Shown here one piece after another: positions 21,710 to 33,799 of a stretch of DNA of 64,000 nt. Position 1 is the stretch's first letter; each line of letters opens with the position of its first letter. Made by a program: the position numbers and the translations under genes. The DNA is from a virus. The stretch spans positions 1 to 64,000 of the IMG/VR virus record IMGVR_UViG_3300036987_000083, one strand, 5' to 3'. Below the pieces are notes generated by a model. The model was not told the DNA's origin. It saw nothing but the letters and a program-made list of their open reading frames with translations, and did not search any database.

Positions 21710-22608
21710 TTACTTTATTTCTTCGGCCAGCGACCACGGTTCCTTTCCGTCACTACAGTTATTTCGGTCGATGTTGATGAGGCCGTCGTCTTCGGGCGTA
21801 CGCCACTTGTTGTCGCAGACGCTCGTTCCCTGAAAACACACGCCTCGGATATCCTCATCAGCTAGTTCCCCAAGTCCTTTGATTCCGCCTCCAAGCTGGG
21901 AGCACGCCGAGCTGACCTCCGAAATCATCTTGCGCGGGATCCAGACGCGATCGAATGTCACCAGTAATGCGATGCGCTCAGCGCGTGTGAGCCGCTCATC
22001 CTCCGCTAAGTTCCAGAGGCGTTGCGAGTATTGCATCCAACTTGCGTACTCGTGGTCGGTGGGGAGCCTGCAGTACTTCTCGAAGAGGAAGTCCCAAATT
22101 TTCGGAGCGTGAAGCCAGGAATTGCCCTGTTCAAACGCTTTTTCGACCTGTCCATCATTCTTGATGCGAAACACTGTCGTTCGGCTCATGGGGCTCCAAG
22201 CGGAGGGGGTACGGGTTTGGCGCAGCCGTAGCAGGTGTAGACGTAGTCGATGCCTTCCACATGGGAGCTGCAGTCCTGACAGCTATTTGTTTTAGGGTCC
22301 CTGTAGCACTTCGGCCAGACGGGTTCCCCGCAGAGGTCGTCCTTGCTGTCGTACAGGACAGGCACGGAGCAGTTGATGCAGTAGGGGAGCATTTACATTT
22401 CCCTAGGCTCATCTCGTTCGATGCCAATCGTATAGTCCCAACAGCAGACATTCTCCGCTACGAGTGAGGCCTCTTCCCGAGACTCAAAGACAACCGCTTC
22501 TCCCCTCCTATCATTCCACGCCGAACCCCCATTGGGGGCGGGCAGCTTCTGAACGAGGTATGCCTCGACCTCACCCTCGGCATTTCTCGCCACCACACGG
22601 TATTTCAT
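21710..22608 (-). CDS. Three hypothetical genes (21710-22189, 22186-22392, 22393-22608)
   Basis: Operon behind a TTGACA promoter at about 22671. Confidence 0.55.
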
Positions 22609-23334
22609 GCGGGCTTCTCCTTTTTGGCGCTACGCCATGCACGTCCCACTTACACCACGTTGACCCCTATTGTCAAGCGCGGCGTTACGTGCTATGCCCT
22701 TCTTCCAATGAGACTGCACATCCGGCCTCGGCACATGAGCGAGACTGTCTGCACGCAAACGGGCACTCGCACGCTGCCGGGAGAGTCCTCTACCTCAGAC
22801 GCGTCGGAGGAGGTGGAGTGCGCCCAATGCCGGGTAGGTGTCGATTCGCTGCTGGAGGCTGGCGACATCGTCATGACCGAAGAAGGTCACTGGCAGATGG
22901 AAGATCGCCCCGAAGAGTTCCGCAGCGTCTACAACTTCATCAAATACCTGGGCGATGATGAGCGGAAGGGGTTTACGCTCGAAGAGCTTCAGGAATGAAA
23001 CGTATATGCCGAGGCACAGTTGTCGGGGCAGTTGTCACCGCTCCCTCCATTGCAGCAGTTGTTGCCACAGTGTCCGCAGAGAACCATGGCGCAATGACAC
23101 ATCGAACAAAACGACCAGCTATGCTTAATCACGGGTTCTCCTGGCGTTCGAATGTAGCTGCCTGCGCCACATCAGCACGTCCACGAAGCGGACAACTCTC
23201 AGCATGCCAATCATGGGGTCGATCGGGAGGGGCTGCATTGTCTCCCCAGTCAGCCTTACCGCAGTTCGAACAACCTACTGTTTGATCCCAAACTTCAAGA
23301 CAAGCGGCCATCTCTTCTAATGTGGTAGGGGTAT

Positions 23335-24494
23335 TCATTTGGACATCAACCACTCGTCAATGGCAACGGAGCGTTCCGCGCTAGACAAGGGACGGGCGAG
23401 AACCTTTGGTGCCAAGTCACCTTGGCCAAGGAGCCACATCGTAAAAAGCGACGAGCAGTCGCTATCGGGATTGGCCGGGTAAAGCTCAGCCACGCAGAGA
23501 CCGTCAGCAGCGTCCGCGCTCCTCCTGATTCTATTTCCGCAGCCCCTGCAGTGCCTCGCCGGAGTCTCCCGGTGCTCCGGAACACTCGCCTCTTGACGGA
23601 CTCTCTCAAGCGCATTCTCGATGCCCATGCATTTCCCTGTAGGCGTAAGTCTCAAAAGAGGCCGTAGCCAACCGCGTCTCTAATCCCGCCGTAACCAAAC
23701 AAGGAATCGGAGTCCTCTTCGGAGAAGACCAGCGAGGGGTTGCCCTGCTGGCAGAACCAGAGAACGTACAACGCCAGATCCTCACACTCAACCTGTGGGT
23801 AGTCCAGAATAACCTCCCACGTCTCCCTGGGGAGTTCCTTCACACGACGGGCACGCTCCTTGGCCTCGTTGAATTCGGCCAGCATGTCATAGCCTGCATC
23901 AAACATGGCGAAATAAGCCTCGGCATCGAGACTGCGGTTCCCGTATTCACTGAAGATGCTCGTAGGGTGGGCCACTCCGGGAAGCTTATTGACGGCCCCT
24001 TCAAAGGCGGCGACTACCGCAGCCATGGGGCTGTTGCACCCAAACACAAACGCCTGGGTCCTCCCATGCCCATCTCCGGACCAGTCTCCAAGAGGCATGC
24101 TGAACCTGTAATTCAGGCTCCCCCTCTCGGCAAAGCCTTTCTTGACGGTCTTAGGGCTGGCCTTGGTGGCGGACTCTTCAGCGGTAGGACGTGCGCGTGA
24201 GGTCATGCGCCTTCACTACACGAGTTAACCGTGATTGTCAAGCGGCGACCATGTGGTCGCGAAGGGGAGGTCCACTGCGCCCTAGCAGTCCTCGCCCTGT
24301 TCGTCGTCTACTCGGCGTCCAATACCTACAGGGACATCCGGGACAGGCCCTGCGTGCTGGTGGAACAGCACCATGCTCAAGATTCTTTTGTCCACGAGGA
24401 CACCGCACTGCTGACACAGAAAACAGTGTGCGTTGCGCTCCTCCAACCAACGCGCCGCGTAAGCACTGACTCTGGCGCTGTCTTCTGGATTCAT
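23335..24494 (-). CDS. Hypothetical genes (23335-23655, 23652-24206, 24282-24494)
   Basis: Leaderless starts at 24206 and 24494 behind TTGACA promoters. Confidence 0.6.
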
Positions 24495-24609
24495 AACCTC
24501 TTTTTAGTACAACCAAGCGGTCCTTGTCAAGTCCACGGGACGCGACCACATGGTCGTTAGCGCGCGTAAGGCTACTGTATTGCGGTATACACGTCGGTTG
24601 GGAGTCTGT

Positions 24610-25218
24610 ATGCTGGAAGCTATGCTCATTCGGTCCCTTATCGCAGAAGGAAGAGCGCTCTTGTGCGAAGAGCTTCGTGTGGATGAAGAGAAGCTCTTTT
24701 TCTTTGTGCGGCTTCCAAGGGCGGTTCGAACTCGGCTGACTGAGATTGCGCAGCAAATCACCAAAGGCACTAAGTTTGAGCCTGAAGCCGCGAACGACCA
24801 CATCACCTTGTTGTACATTCCCCGGTTCGAAGGGGGTGTTTCCGAGAAGGTTCGGGACCAGGTTATTGCCGCTGCTAAGAAGGTGGCCAAGTTCTCTGCT
24901 CCTATTCAGGCAAAGATTCAGGGCTGGGGGTATTTTGATGGCGCGCAGGGAAAGGACAATGAGCCCGCCACCGCCGTCGTCGGATTGGTAGACGCTCCCG
25001 GGCTTGCCCACCTCCACGTTGCGCTTCACCAAGAGATTCTTCGGTTGGGCCTCGATGCGCCACAGAAGCACGGTTACACACCTCATGCTACCTTCGCGTA
25101 TCTTCCGCAAGGCGAGCGACTTCCGAAATTGCCAGTCCTTAAGGACAGCTTTTCGATTCCGGAATTCGAGCTGAGCAACGACGCTTTCTATCGGTTTCCA
25201 CTCAAAGGGCCCAAATAA
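24610..25218 (+). CDS. 2H phosphoesterase (LigT/ThpR or Acb1-like)
   Basis: Two HxT motifs: HITLLY and YTPHATFAY; GGAG RBS at 24601. Confidence 0.85.
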   Translation: MLEAMLIRSLIAEGRALLCEELRVDEEKLFFFVRLPRAVRTRLTEIAQQITKGTKFEPEAANDHITLLYIPRFEGGVSEKVRDQVIAAAKKVAKFSAPIQAKIQGWGYFDGAQGKDNEPATAVVGLVDAPGLAHLHVALHQEILRLGLDAPQKHGYTPHATFAYLPQGERLPKLPVLKDSFSIPEFELSNDAFYRFPLKGPK

Positions 25219-25262
25219 AATTAGATACCGGACTTAGAGCCCTTCCTCAGGCCTCAAGTCCG

Positions 25263-26652
25263 TCATGCCAGCCCCTTCACGCCTTTCATGAGGCGCTCAA
25301 GGGCTTGGACGCGAGCCTCCGGTCCTCCTTTCAGTCCTCGGGCTTGTATTACTTGACTGATCAACTCATCGAGAATTTCCCTCAAGGAGCCAAGGGTGCT
25401 GTCGGGGTTCTTCTCCTTGTGGAAAACCAGCCAGCTACCGCGCAGCTTGAACTCTCGCGCTAGGAGTTCCTTCATCTCAGGGTCCATCTCCCATCCCTAC
25501 CGTGGAACCAGTGCCGAAGTCCAGCCTGCGACCACGTGGTCGCTCATATGTTCCGCTCAAGCATCTCCGTTGGGTTGCACGTATAGACGTTGTACTCGTC
25601 TTTGCGCAGGTTTTTAGCTGCCCACTCCGTGGCGACACAGAGCTTCGGGAACTTCTTGGCCTTGCGCCACTCCGTAAATCCCCCGCGTTGGTCCCCTACC
25701 TCCAACGCGAAGCTAAGTGGCGCGATACGGGTTACGAACCCGCGATGAACGTCACGCACTACATAGAAATTCCGAGCCATAACCTAAAAGCTCCCATGCT
25801 CCAGAATCGACTTGTCGAGCGCCTTCAGCAAGAGAAGTACCTCCTCGGAATGGTACACCATCTTCCGCCCCTCTCCAGTGCTTCGTCCCGAAGGACAGCG
25901 CAACGAGGGCATGTGGGGATGACGGTACGGGTCCGGATGGTGAGCACCACGTCACCCTCGCCGCCATTAATAAACCTCCCATCGGTTACCTCGGACTCGT
26001 CACACGCCACGGTGTCCTCGCGGATGCCAAGAGCGCCGAGTCGCGCCGCCTCACCTACAGTCCAGCGCAAGTCGAGTACGCCCGCGCATATGGCTAATCC
26101 CCACTCCGTAACGTGCGTAAGACTCCTCAGTGGAGGGAGGGCTTGGCGGAATCGGGTGGGAGGAAACGCGGCCATTTTTTCACTTTCAGCCGCAAATGAC
26201 GCGGACTACTTAACCGGCACCTTCGTCTCGTCCCACTTGAGACCCTTCTCCTCAAGGACTGCGGCGCGCAGCGTCTTTACCGTTGCGTTTGGCAGATGAA
26301 TCGACCCAACGTAATTCGAGTCATCGACGCAGAGCCCGAAGCCAGCCTCAGTGTGCTGCACTTCCTCGATTGCCTGAAAGGGCTCCCGCGCCGGCAACCA
26401 CTCCGCGCGCCACACCTCGCGGTCCTTGGGGGTCCGCAGGGTTTGGGCCTGGCAGATGGCCAGCAAGTAGACGCGGGTTACATACGCCGTGCCGTCATCC
26501 ATCTCGTACACGGCAAAGGTACCCTCTGGCGCAGGACAAAGCGTCTGCATTGTATACTTGATGCGCTCATCCCACTTCGCTTGATACTCTGCGAACTTGG
26601 ACTTGGGGGCGGACTTCGCGGCACTCTTCTGCGTCTGGGGCTCTAGGGTCAT
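25263..26652 (-). CDS. Hypothetical genes (25263-25487, 25544-25780, 25825-26175, 26206-26652)
   Basis: 25825-26175 belongs to the PTCPxCAVLRD paralog family. Confidence 0.6.
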
Positions 26653-26716
26653 CCGGCGTGGGTACCGTGGAACCGATGTCGAAGTCCAGCGGTAGCGACC
26701 ACATGGTCGCGCCGGT

Positions 26717-26837
26717 TCCGGAAGGGGAGGCGCGGCACGCCTCTATACGCCCCAAGTACTCTCAGATGGGCCTCTGAGGGGCCCAGGAAGCGAAAGCGGC
26801 CCTTAACCCCCTCCCAGTCCGGAAGGGGAGGCGCGGC
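26717..26837 (+). repeat. 20-bp direct repeat TCCGGAAGGGGAGGCGCGGC x2
   Basis: Exact copies at 26717-26736 and 26818-26837. Confidence 0.85.
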
Positions 26838-27524
26838 CGCCTATAAGGGCTCCCAGGAGGTCTGGAGGGGAAAGGATTCAGGGTGGAGGGAGGGGAGAGA
26901 GGGAAGGAAGGGGAAGGAGGAGGGGAAGGGGCTCCCCATGGCGCTCCATGACGTCGTGCTCACACAAGGGCTGCTCCGGGTAGGGGCTACGCCAGCACCC
27001 GGCCCCACATCTGTTACAGGCCTCGCCATTACAAAGCTTACAGGAGGGACCCGGGCAGTCGTCGTCCATAGTCGTAGCCTTACCGTGAAGTCCCCCAGGT
27101 GGGAAGGGTGTCCCTACTGGGCCTCGGGAGGACTCGGAGGGCTCAGGACAAAGCCCCCTCTCAGGTGAGTTGCCCTACTCCCACCACCCCCACCATCACC
27201 CGCTTAACCCCCTTGTTTCGTGGTCCAAATCCAGCGACCACGTGGACGCTCTCTGCTAGTGTCGTAGATCCACCTGAAAAGGTCTATTCCACGATTTCAG
27301 CTCGTTATTTGAATGAACTGTACACATCCCAGACTGCCATTCGTGCCTCCTTCCTCCTTCCCTTCTTCCCTTCTTCCCTCCTTCCTCCTTCTTCCTTCCT
27401 CCTTGTGGCCCGACCTTCACTTTTGGGACCCCCTGGGGGGGTAGGGTACCTATTGTACAGCGGGAGTTTTCCTTCCTCTCTGTGGCGCGATGGTTGGGAG
27501 TTTTCCCTGCCCCCTTTGGGCGCG

Positions 27525-28297
27525 CTAGACGAGCGGACTGCCAGGTTGTGCAGTGGATGTCGGGGAGTTGGTGTCCTGGGCCGAGGCAGGTGCCCCCCGG
27601 CAGGCTTCCACCGCCGCGTCCCATAGGACGGCGCATTGGGGGCAGGTGGGGAGGGAGAGGGGCTGGCCGTTTTGCCAACGGAGTACCATTCCTACAGCCA
27701 CCATGTAAACCGCGCCGGAATCCCCACAGGCCGCCTGCCCCATGGGCAGGGACGCGTAGGCGCTACTGTCTAGCCCCGCGAGGTAGCAGAGGGCCCATTT
27801 TGAGACATGGACAGGCTCCCTTGTCAAGTGGAGGCCTCCTTCTTGGAGGTGTAGGCTCCCATGGCCTCGTCCCACGCCACGCTGCATGAAGGGCAGTTAG
27901 GGAGTACAGTGAGTTGGCCTTCCTTCCAGAGCCTTACGGAGCGAAGTGAAACCCACTCGGTAGGGCCTGGCAGGACTGGCACGCCACAGTACATGGTTTC
28001 GTACTCGCTCAGGCAGTAGGTGAGGGAGTCAACCCGTAGGATGCCCCTCAGCGAGTCCAGGGCCTCGGTGGAGACGTGGATTACCTTATCGAGGGTAGGC
28101 CCCGTTTCCCGGGCGTCCATTGCGCCCCCTTTTCCGGCAATCCGCGTTGAACATATTGACAGGCAATGGTTCAGTGGTGTATTACTCTCCATATGGACCC
28201 GCGTTGCTTTGCCCGGCCGCTTGGACTTCTTTGGAGCCCCCGGCCCATGGGGCAGGCGGGGTTGTGTGGGGGTCGGGTAGACAGGGGTGTCTGCCAT
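27525..28297 (-). CDS. Two paralogous putative Zn-binding genes (27525-27827, TTG start; 27824-28297)
   Basis: HVS...CG...LP.CP.C.V.WD.A motif in both; AGGAGG RBS 7 nt before the TTG. Confidence 0.6.
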
Positions 28298-28309
28298 TGG
28301 GGAGTACAG

Positions 28310-28951
28310 TTAGGCCTCCTCGGAGTCAAAGGGGCGGGGGCCGCCCGCTTCCGTCAAGGAGGCTACGTGCCCGTTGGAGTAACAAAAGTCCAGAGTTACG
28401 GCCTCCGCCGGGGTGAGGGGAGGGCCACCATACTGTACCTTGCCCTGCTTGGTGACGATGTCCTCAAGGCTGAAGACTTCGGTACCCGCCGCCAAGAGAA
28501 AGCCCCTGTCTTCATCACGTTCGCCCTGCCATTCCACCACCCCGTTGAGGGTGTAACCCCAGGGCTTGAGAAAGTGCTCCATGAGGTAGATGAGCCACTC
28601 TTGGTAGTTGTAGAACTTCTCCACGCCGTCCCACTCGATGGCATCTCCGGCGGCATTGGGGGTCCACTGGCACCAGAGGCCTGGCTGTCCTTTGGGTTCA
28701 GTGGAGTAGTCCAGGACGTCCGGCGTGTGTTCTTGGCCGAAGTTACCGAGCGACGCGCCTACGAAATACCCGGCCTCTTCCCCCAGGGGGAGCCCGGCGG
28801 CAACCCTCAGCGCATCCGGACGCGGTGCTGTAAGCGCCGGGTTTCGCCGCACGCGACGCGTCTTACAGAAAGCCCTCAGGTAGGCGGCATGCTCCGGCTT
28901 GAGGGGAGGGGTAACCCTCCAGCTTCCTGTGAATTCCGTAGTGTAGCCCAT
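28310..28951 (-). CDS. Conserved large-phage hypothetical protein (213 aa)
   Basis: MGYTTEF.G...PGLWCQW...WDG.EKFY.Y.EWL.YL...L.G...WQGE. Confidence 0.75.
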   Translation of the reverse strand: MGYTTEFTGSWRVTPPLKPEHAAYLRAFCKTRRVRRNPALTAPRPDALRVAAGLPLGEEAGYFVGASLGNFGQEHTPDVLDYSTEPKGQPGLWCQWTPNAAGDAIEWDGVEKFYNYQEWLIYLMEHFLKPWGYTLNGVVEWQGERDEDRGFLLAAGTEVFSLEDIVTKQGKVQYGGPPLTPAEAVTLDFCYSNGHVASLTEAGGPRPFDSEEA

Positions 28952-28954
28952 GGG

Positions 28955-30251
28955 TTAGTCCTCACTTGAATGAGGCTTGGCCCCGAAGAGGGCGAAGAAG
29001 GGAATCAGTTTCTCCTTGAAGCATGTGGGGCAGATGTCGAAGGACAGGGACTCGATGTTCCCGCCCTCCGGGGAGGCGTCGCCCTCCTCACAGGAGACAG
29101 ACGTTTCGGAGACCGTGTAGGCGCTGGGCGCATCCCACTGGCCGCCTCCCGGCCTGTCTGCCCTCCGCTTACAGATGTCACAGGTGACCTCCACCAGGCA
29201 CTCTTCGGTCCGCTGGGGGATGACTATGTCTTCGAATCGTTGGGCCATGGGTGTAGGGTACCTTAAGTGTCTGCTGTTGTCAAGTGTTCAGCGTTACCGC
29301 TCGTTCCGGAGCAGGGCGAAGGCCAGTACGGGCCACGCGGCTCCCATGAGGAGTGCGGCGCTCCAGTGGAGGCCATTCAGGATGGTTCCGTAGCGCAGCT
29401 CCCTTCGGCTGCCGTAGAGCACGAAGGCGCTGAATAGGAGCGCTCCCAGGAGGTAGATGCTACCGACTGCGATGAGTGCGTACATGAGGCCTCTCATAGC
29501 ACCACCGGTCTGCTGTTGTCAAGTGTTGCCAGGGTAGTAGTAGCCACGGCTACCGTGGCGCATCTCGTCGCTGGTAGTCCAGCCACGGGGTTCGGCTACG
29601 AAGCTCCAGCGGACCCATATCACGTCGATGTCGGAGATGGCCTTGCAGCTTCGCAGCGCCCTGTCCAGGTTTCGCGCCTCCTCTGTGGGGTACTGGTCCG
29701 GGGAGTCCATCATGCGCTTGGCGTAGCCGCGCAGCGCGATGGCCACGAGTTCCTCGGGTTTTTGACGTGTCATCCTGCCTTTATAGCGCAACCGGTCTGC
29801 CGCTGTCAAGTGCGCCGTAGTGGATGGCTGGCTGGGAGTTTTCCTCGGGAGGGCTTCCTGGGCGACCACGTGGTCGCGGTCCGGCATCGAGGGAGGCGGG
29901 GTTACTCGACCCTCGGGGCCTGCACTACTTCGGTGGCTCTGCCTTGTCGCGGCCGTTGGAGGTGCCAGCGTCCAGCGCCTTGGTGACGGCCAGCATGGAA
30001 GTCTGGAGGTGGTTGAGCGCCAGCAGGAGGCAGCTCTGCTGGGCGAACTCCGCTGGCTTATCGCCGCGCAGCACGGCCTCGAAGACGCCCTCCATCCGCA
30101 TCACCCAGTCGGTGGGGTCGTGGTGGATGTGCCTGGTGACGACGAGCTTCAGTTTGCCAACCTCCAACTCGAAGGAGGACGGAGGGACCTTCCTCTCGCG
30201 CTCTCCACGGCTGTAGCTCGTGACGTCCCGCCAGTCCTTGGTGTTTGCCAT
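28955..30251 (-). CDS. Small leaderless/hypothetical genes (28955-29248, 29294-29485, about 29519-29773, 29925-30251)
   Basis: Each lies behind its own TTGACA promoter. Confidence 0.6.
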
Positions 30252-30338
30252 GTCCCCTCTTACCCTCATTAGACTGCCTTTGTCAAGAACTCAATGAAGG
30301 TGGTTAGTGGAATTGTCGGAGGGAGTTTTCCGCAGGTT

Positions 30339-30662
30339 TTACTTTTCCAGCCGGAGCCATTCGCACATGGCGTCGAGCTGTTCTTCGGAGATGCCGCAGG
30401 AGCTTCCTCGGTTAGGCTGCTTTTTCCACCGTTGGTTGAGTCCGAGCCTGGCGCGGTGGAGTTGGTGTTTCAGGTAGCCGGTTCTGCGAGTGCATTCGGC
30501 CAGGGTGAGTAAGTCGCTCTTCGCCCGGGTCTTGAGACGGCACAGCCTATTGGCCACCGTCTTCACTTTGCATCCCAGGGCTGCCGCAATTTCCACCCGG
30601 TCGTGTTTCTCAGCCAGGTCCAACAGTCGGTTCTCCTGGGCTTTTGTCCACTTGGCGACCAT
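30339..30662 (-). CDS. Myb-like HTH protein
   Basis: WTKAQENRLL...EIAAALGCKVKTVANRL. Confidence 0.65.
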   Translation of the reverse strand: MVAKWTKAQENRLLDLAEKHDRVEIAAALGCKVKTVANRLCRLKTRAKSDLLTLAECTRRTGYLKHQLHRARLGLNQRWKKQPNRGSSCGISEEQLDAMCEWLRLEK

Positions 30663-30703
30663 CTCGAAAACCTTTCTGCTTCGGGAGGGGTGTTACGGCC
30701 CGC

Positions 30704-33443
30704 CTACGGCTTCCTCCAGTTCTTGCGACGTAGGTTACGCGCACGACGCTGGAGACACGGGCGACAGTCCACGTCGCGGCAGCCGTCGTCGGGGAAGCGG
30801 CCAGCGCAGTAACCCACGTCGGCGGTCTGCGCCTTCAGCCGCGCCTTCAGGTCCTTCACCTCGGCGCGTAGGTGCGCGGCTGCCTCCTCAATACCCGCAC
30901 AGTCGTACTCGTCGCTCGGACAAACCCATCCGTCGTTCTGGTCGATCCTCACGTCCCCCTCCTTCGCCGCGAGGGCGGCGCGGGCTGTCTTGTTGATGTC
31001 GAGCAGTAGGGCGGAGCACTCGCTGTCTGGGGTGATTCGGTAGATACGTTCCACCGCCTCACGCAGCCGCTTGTTCTCGGCCTTTAGCGCCTTCACGCGC
31101 GCCCCGAGGAGCAGAATCTCGTTCGCATATTCGGCGGTCACAGACGGCGGGAGCATCGAACCGCAGCCAGGGCAAATCACATCTCCTCCTTCGCCGCGAG
31201 GACCGCGCGGGCCGCTTCGCAACCGTCTTCGTGCCCACGGTACGGAATCAGCGAGGGTATGGCACACCAGCAGCGCGCGTTCTCTCCTTCGTCCCAGTGG
31301 CCGACATCTTCCAGCGCCGCCTCGGCCTTCTTGGCGCGCTCGACCAAAGCCTTGATGTCGCGGAGCCGCAGCTTGGGCATACCGCCCCCAGTGAAGAAGT
31401 GCAGCACATCGTCTGCTTCTGGGTTATATGCATTGATCCAATCTTCAAGTTCACTCACGGCTTCTTCTCCTTCGCCGCGCGGGCCGCTTCGCGGTAGGCG
31501 TCCACCATGTACGTCAGCTCTGCTCGGGCTTCGGATGCGTCCTTCTCCAGGTACGCGTTACGAGACAAGAGACGGTCGCGCTCGTCACGCATCGAATTGA
31601 ATCGGAGACGAAGGTCCTCCAGCGCGTTACAGGTAGCACGGAGATCCGATGCCAGGCCGCAGCTATCACATGCGTAGTTGCTATTCACTCTCCACCTCCG
31701 AGGCACCAGGGAGTGCGGCGCGGGCCGCGTCCAACAGGACCATCAGGGCTTCGTTGGTGGGAAGCGAAATGGCGCCGTACTTGTCAACGGTGGCCGCGTC
31801 CAATACAAGCCGCGCGAAATCCTCCAGGCGCTCCACTCGTGCCACGAGTCGGTTGTTGTCCGTCGTTAAAGCGTCGTTGTCGCCCTGCAGCGCCTTGAGT
31901 GTCTCCAGCGCCTCGTCGCGCTCCCTCGTCGCGCGCTCCATGGCCTCGATCGTGGCGCGGACGCGGGATCCCATCACTTCAGTTGTCGCAGCCGCCACAG
32001 AGACGATGTCTTGCGTCGAATAGGGCGTCTTGTTCATTTGTTCTCCTTCGCCGCGAGGGCGGAGTTGGCAATATCGACGACCGAGCGCTCGTCGTCCATC
32101 GGCTCAAAGAGCGAGCCCGGCAGGTCGTGCCCGGAGTGCAGAATCAGTTCCAGCGCCTCCTCCAATACCTTCACCCGTGCCACGAGGCGGTCGTTGATTT
32201 CGTGCATCCGTGCCAATGCCACATTGTAGGTAGGCACGCATGGACAGCATTTGGTGCGCGGGTCGCTCACGTCTCCCCCTTCGCCGCGAGGGTGCGCCGC
32301 ATGTCACACAGCATTGCGTCGTAGGCGCAGGCTCGGCACACGTCCCACGGCTCCGCGTCTTCGTCTTTGTGGTCGTGCTCCCACTCAGATGCGTCATGCC
32401 CAAGATGACTCACGACGCGCCAAAGCGCCTTCTCCAACTTCGCGATGCGCGCCTCATCTCTGATTTGTCGGCGCACGCTACCTTCTTCCAGCTTCTTCAC
32501 CCGCGCCGTGAGGCGGAGGACTTCGGCGCGGAGGCGCGCGTCGTTGTCGAGAATGTCGTCGCGTTCCTCGTCGGTGATGAGGTGCATTCCGCCCGTCTGC
32601 GTCTTCAACTTCGCCAGCGTTGCACGCTTCACGGCCCCTCCTCGCAGCAGTAGAAGCACGCACAGTCGTCGGGGTGGGGCTGCGGCCCCTCCTTCGCCGC
32701 GAGGGCGGCGCAGGCGCGACACGGCTCCACGCGGTCGACGCATTCGTGGTCCCACTCTGGGTCGGCGCACTTGTAGCAGTCGATGTTCACGGTCCCATTA
32801 CAGTGCTTGCGCAGCGCCTCCTCCAGCACGCGGACGCGCGAGGCGAGGCGTCGTGTATCGCGCTCAACTTTCCGTACTTCTTCGTGGTTCCATCGGCCCG
32901 ATGACTTCTCACTCGCCGCGAGGGCGGCGCACGCAGCGTCTACGGCGTCAGACCAGTCATGCCCGCCAGTCCACGCAGCATCACTCCACGCAGCATCACG
33001 CGACATCAGCAGTCCACGTATCGCCGCCTCCAACTCCGCGATGCGCTCCGACGCCTCGACGCTGCCCATCGACAGCGAGTCCGCCACGGCGTCGCGCGTC
33101 GCGTCGGCCTCGTCGGCCTCGCGCGCCAGGGCACGCAGCTTGTCTCCGAGTGTCATGCGTCCTCCTTCGCCGCGAGGGCGGCGCGGGCAGCAGCCTGTGA
33201 CTGCTCCCACTCGCAGTCACACGGGTATTCGGACGGCTCGTGGGCCGGAGCATCGAGGACTCGCGCCAGTGCCGCCTTCAGTCGAGCGTTCTCGTCCCGG
33301 AGGTCCAACACTTCGCGCACGGCGCGATTCTCGAACTGGTTGGCCGGGGACTCAGCCTCTCGGGTGAGATACCGTTCGTAATAGCCATCCAACCCCTCTG
33401 TTGTCAGGCGATCCCGCCTCGCTCTGCCGTACCCGTCGCTCAT
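30704..33443 (-). CDS. Coupled array of mosaic coiled-coil genes ending in (R)AALAAKE (30704-31180, 31177-31458, 31455-31706, 31681-32037, 32034-32270, 32267-32632, 32629-33156, 33153-33443)
   Basis: ATGA/GTGA overlaps; shared ARVxxLEEAL and AALAAKE motifs; leaderless promoter at 33443. Confidence 0.7.
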
Positions 33444-33799
33444 GTCCTGTTAGTAGCACAACGGCACTGCCTATGTCAAGGATGAGGCGGCTGTGGTGCT
33501 GGTGTGGTTGCTTGGGCTCTTGGCACGCCAGGCCCGGGGAGCACAACCTCTCCCTTCGGGCCTGGCGCGGGCACCCTCCGGGGCGCCTCCGTTGCGGCCG
33601 CGCAGAGGACTGCCGCTAGTTACCGGTGTTGGTCAGTCTGCGCGGCAGTTACTGTTGTGTCGTTGGGCGGCGCTTTCTTGAGGAATGTCCCGGCTCGGCC
33701 CCGCTCCTGGGTACTGGGTCCTTGGTGGAAAAACGAGCGCGCAGCCTAGGCGGCTGTATTGGCTACTTGTCCCTGTCTCGCAGGGCGCGCCCTGAAGGG

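Noticed and set aside
24204-24215. Self-target of spacer 7 (12-nt match CATGCGCCTTCA)
   Set aside because: Only 12 of 35 nt match and the flanks diverge; compatible with chance.
27822-27827. TTGACA as another promoter
   Set aside because: It is better explained as a TTG start codon 7 nt after AGGAGG, overlapping the upstream TGA; the frame aligns with the neighbouring paralog.
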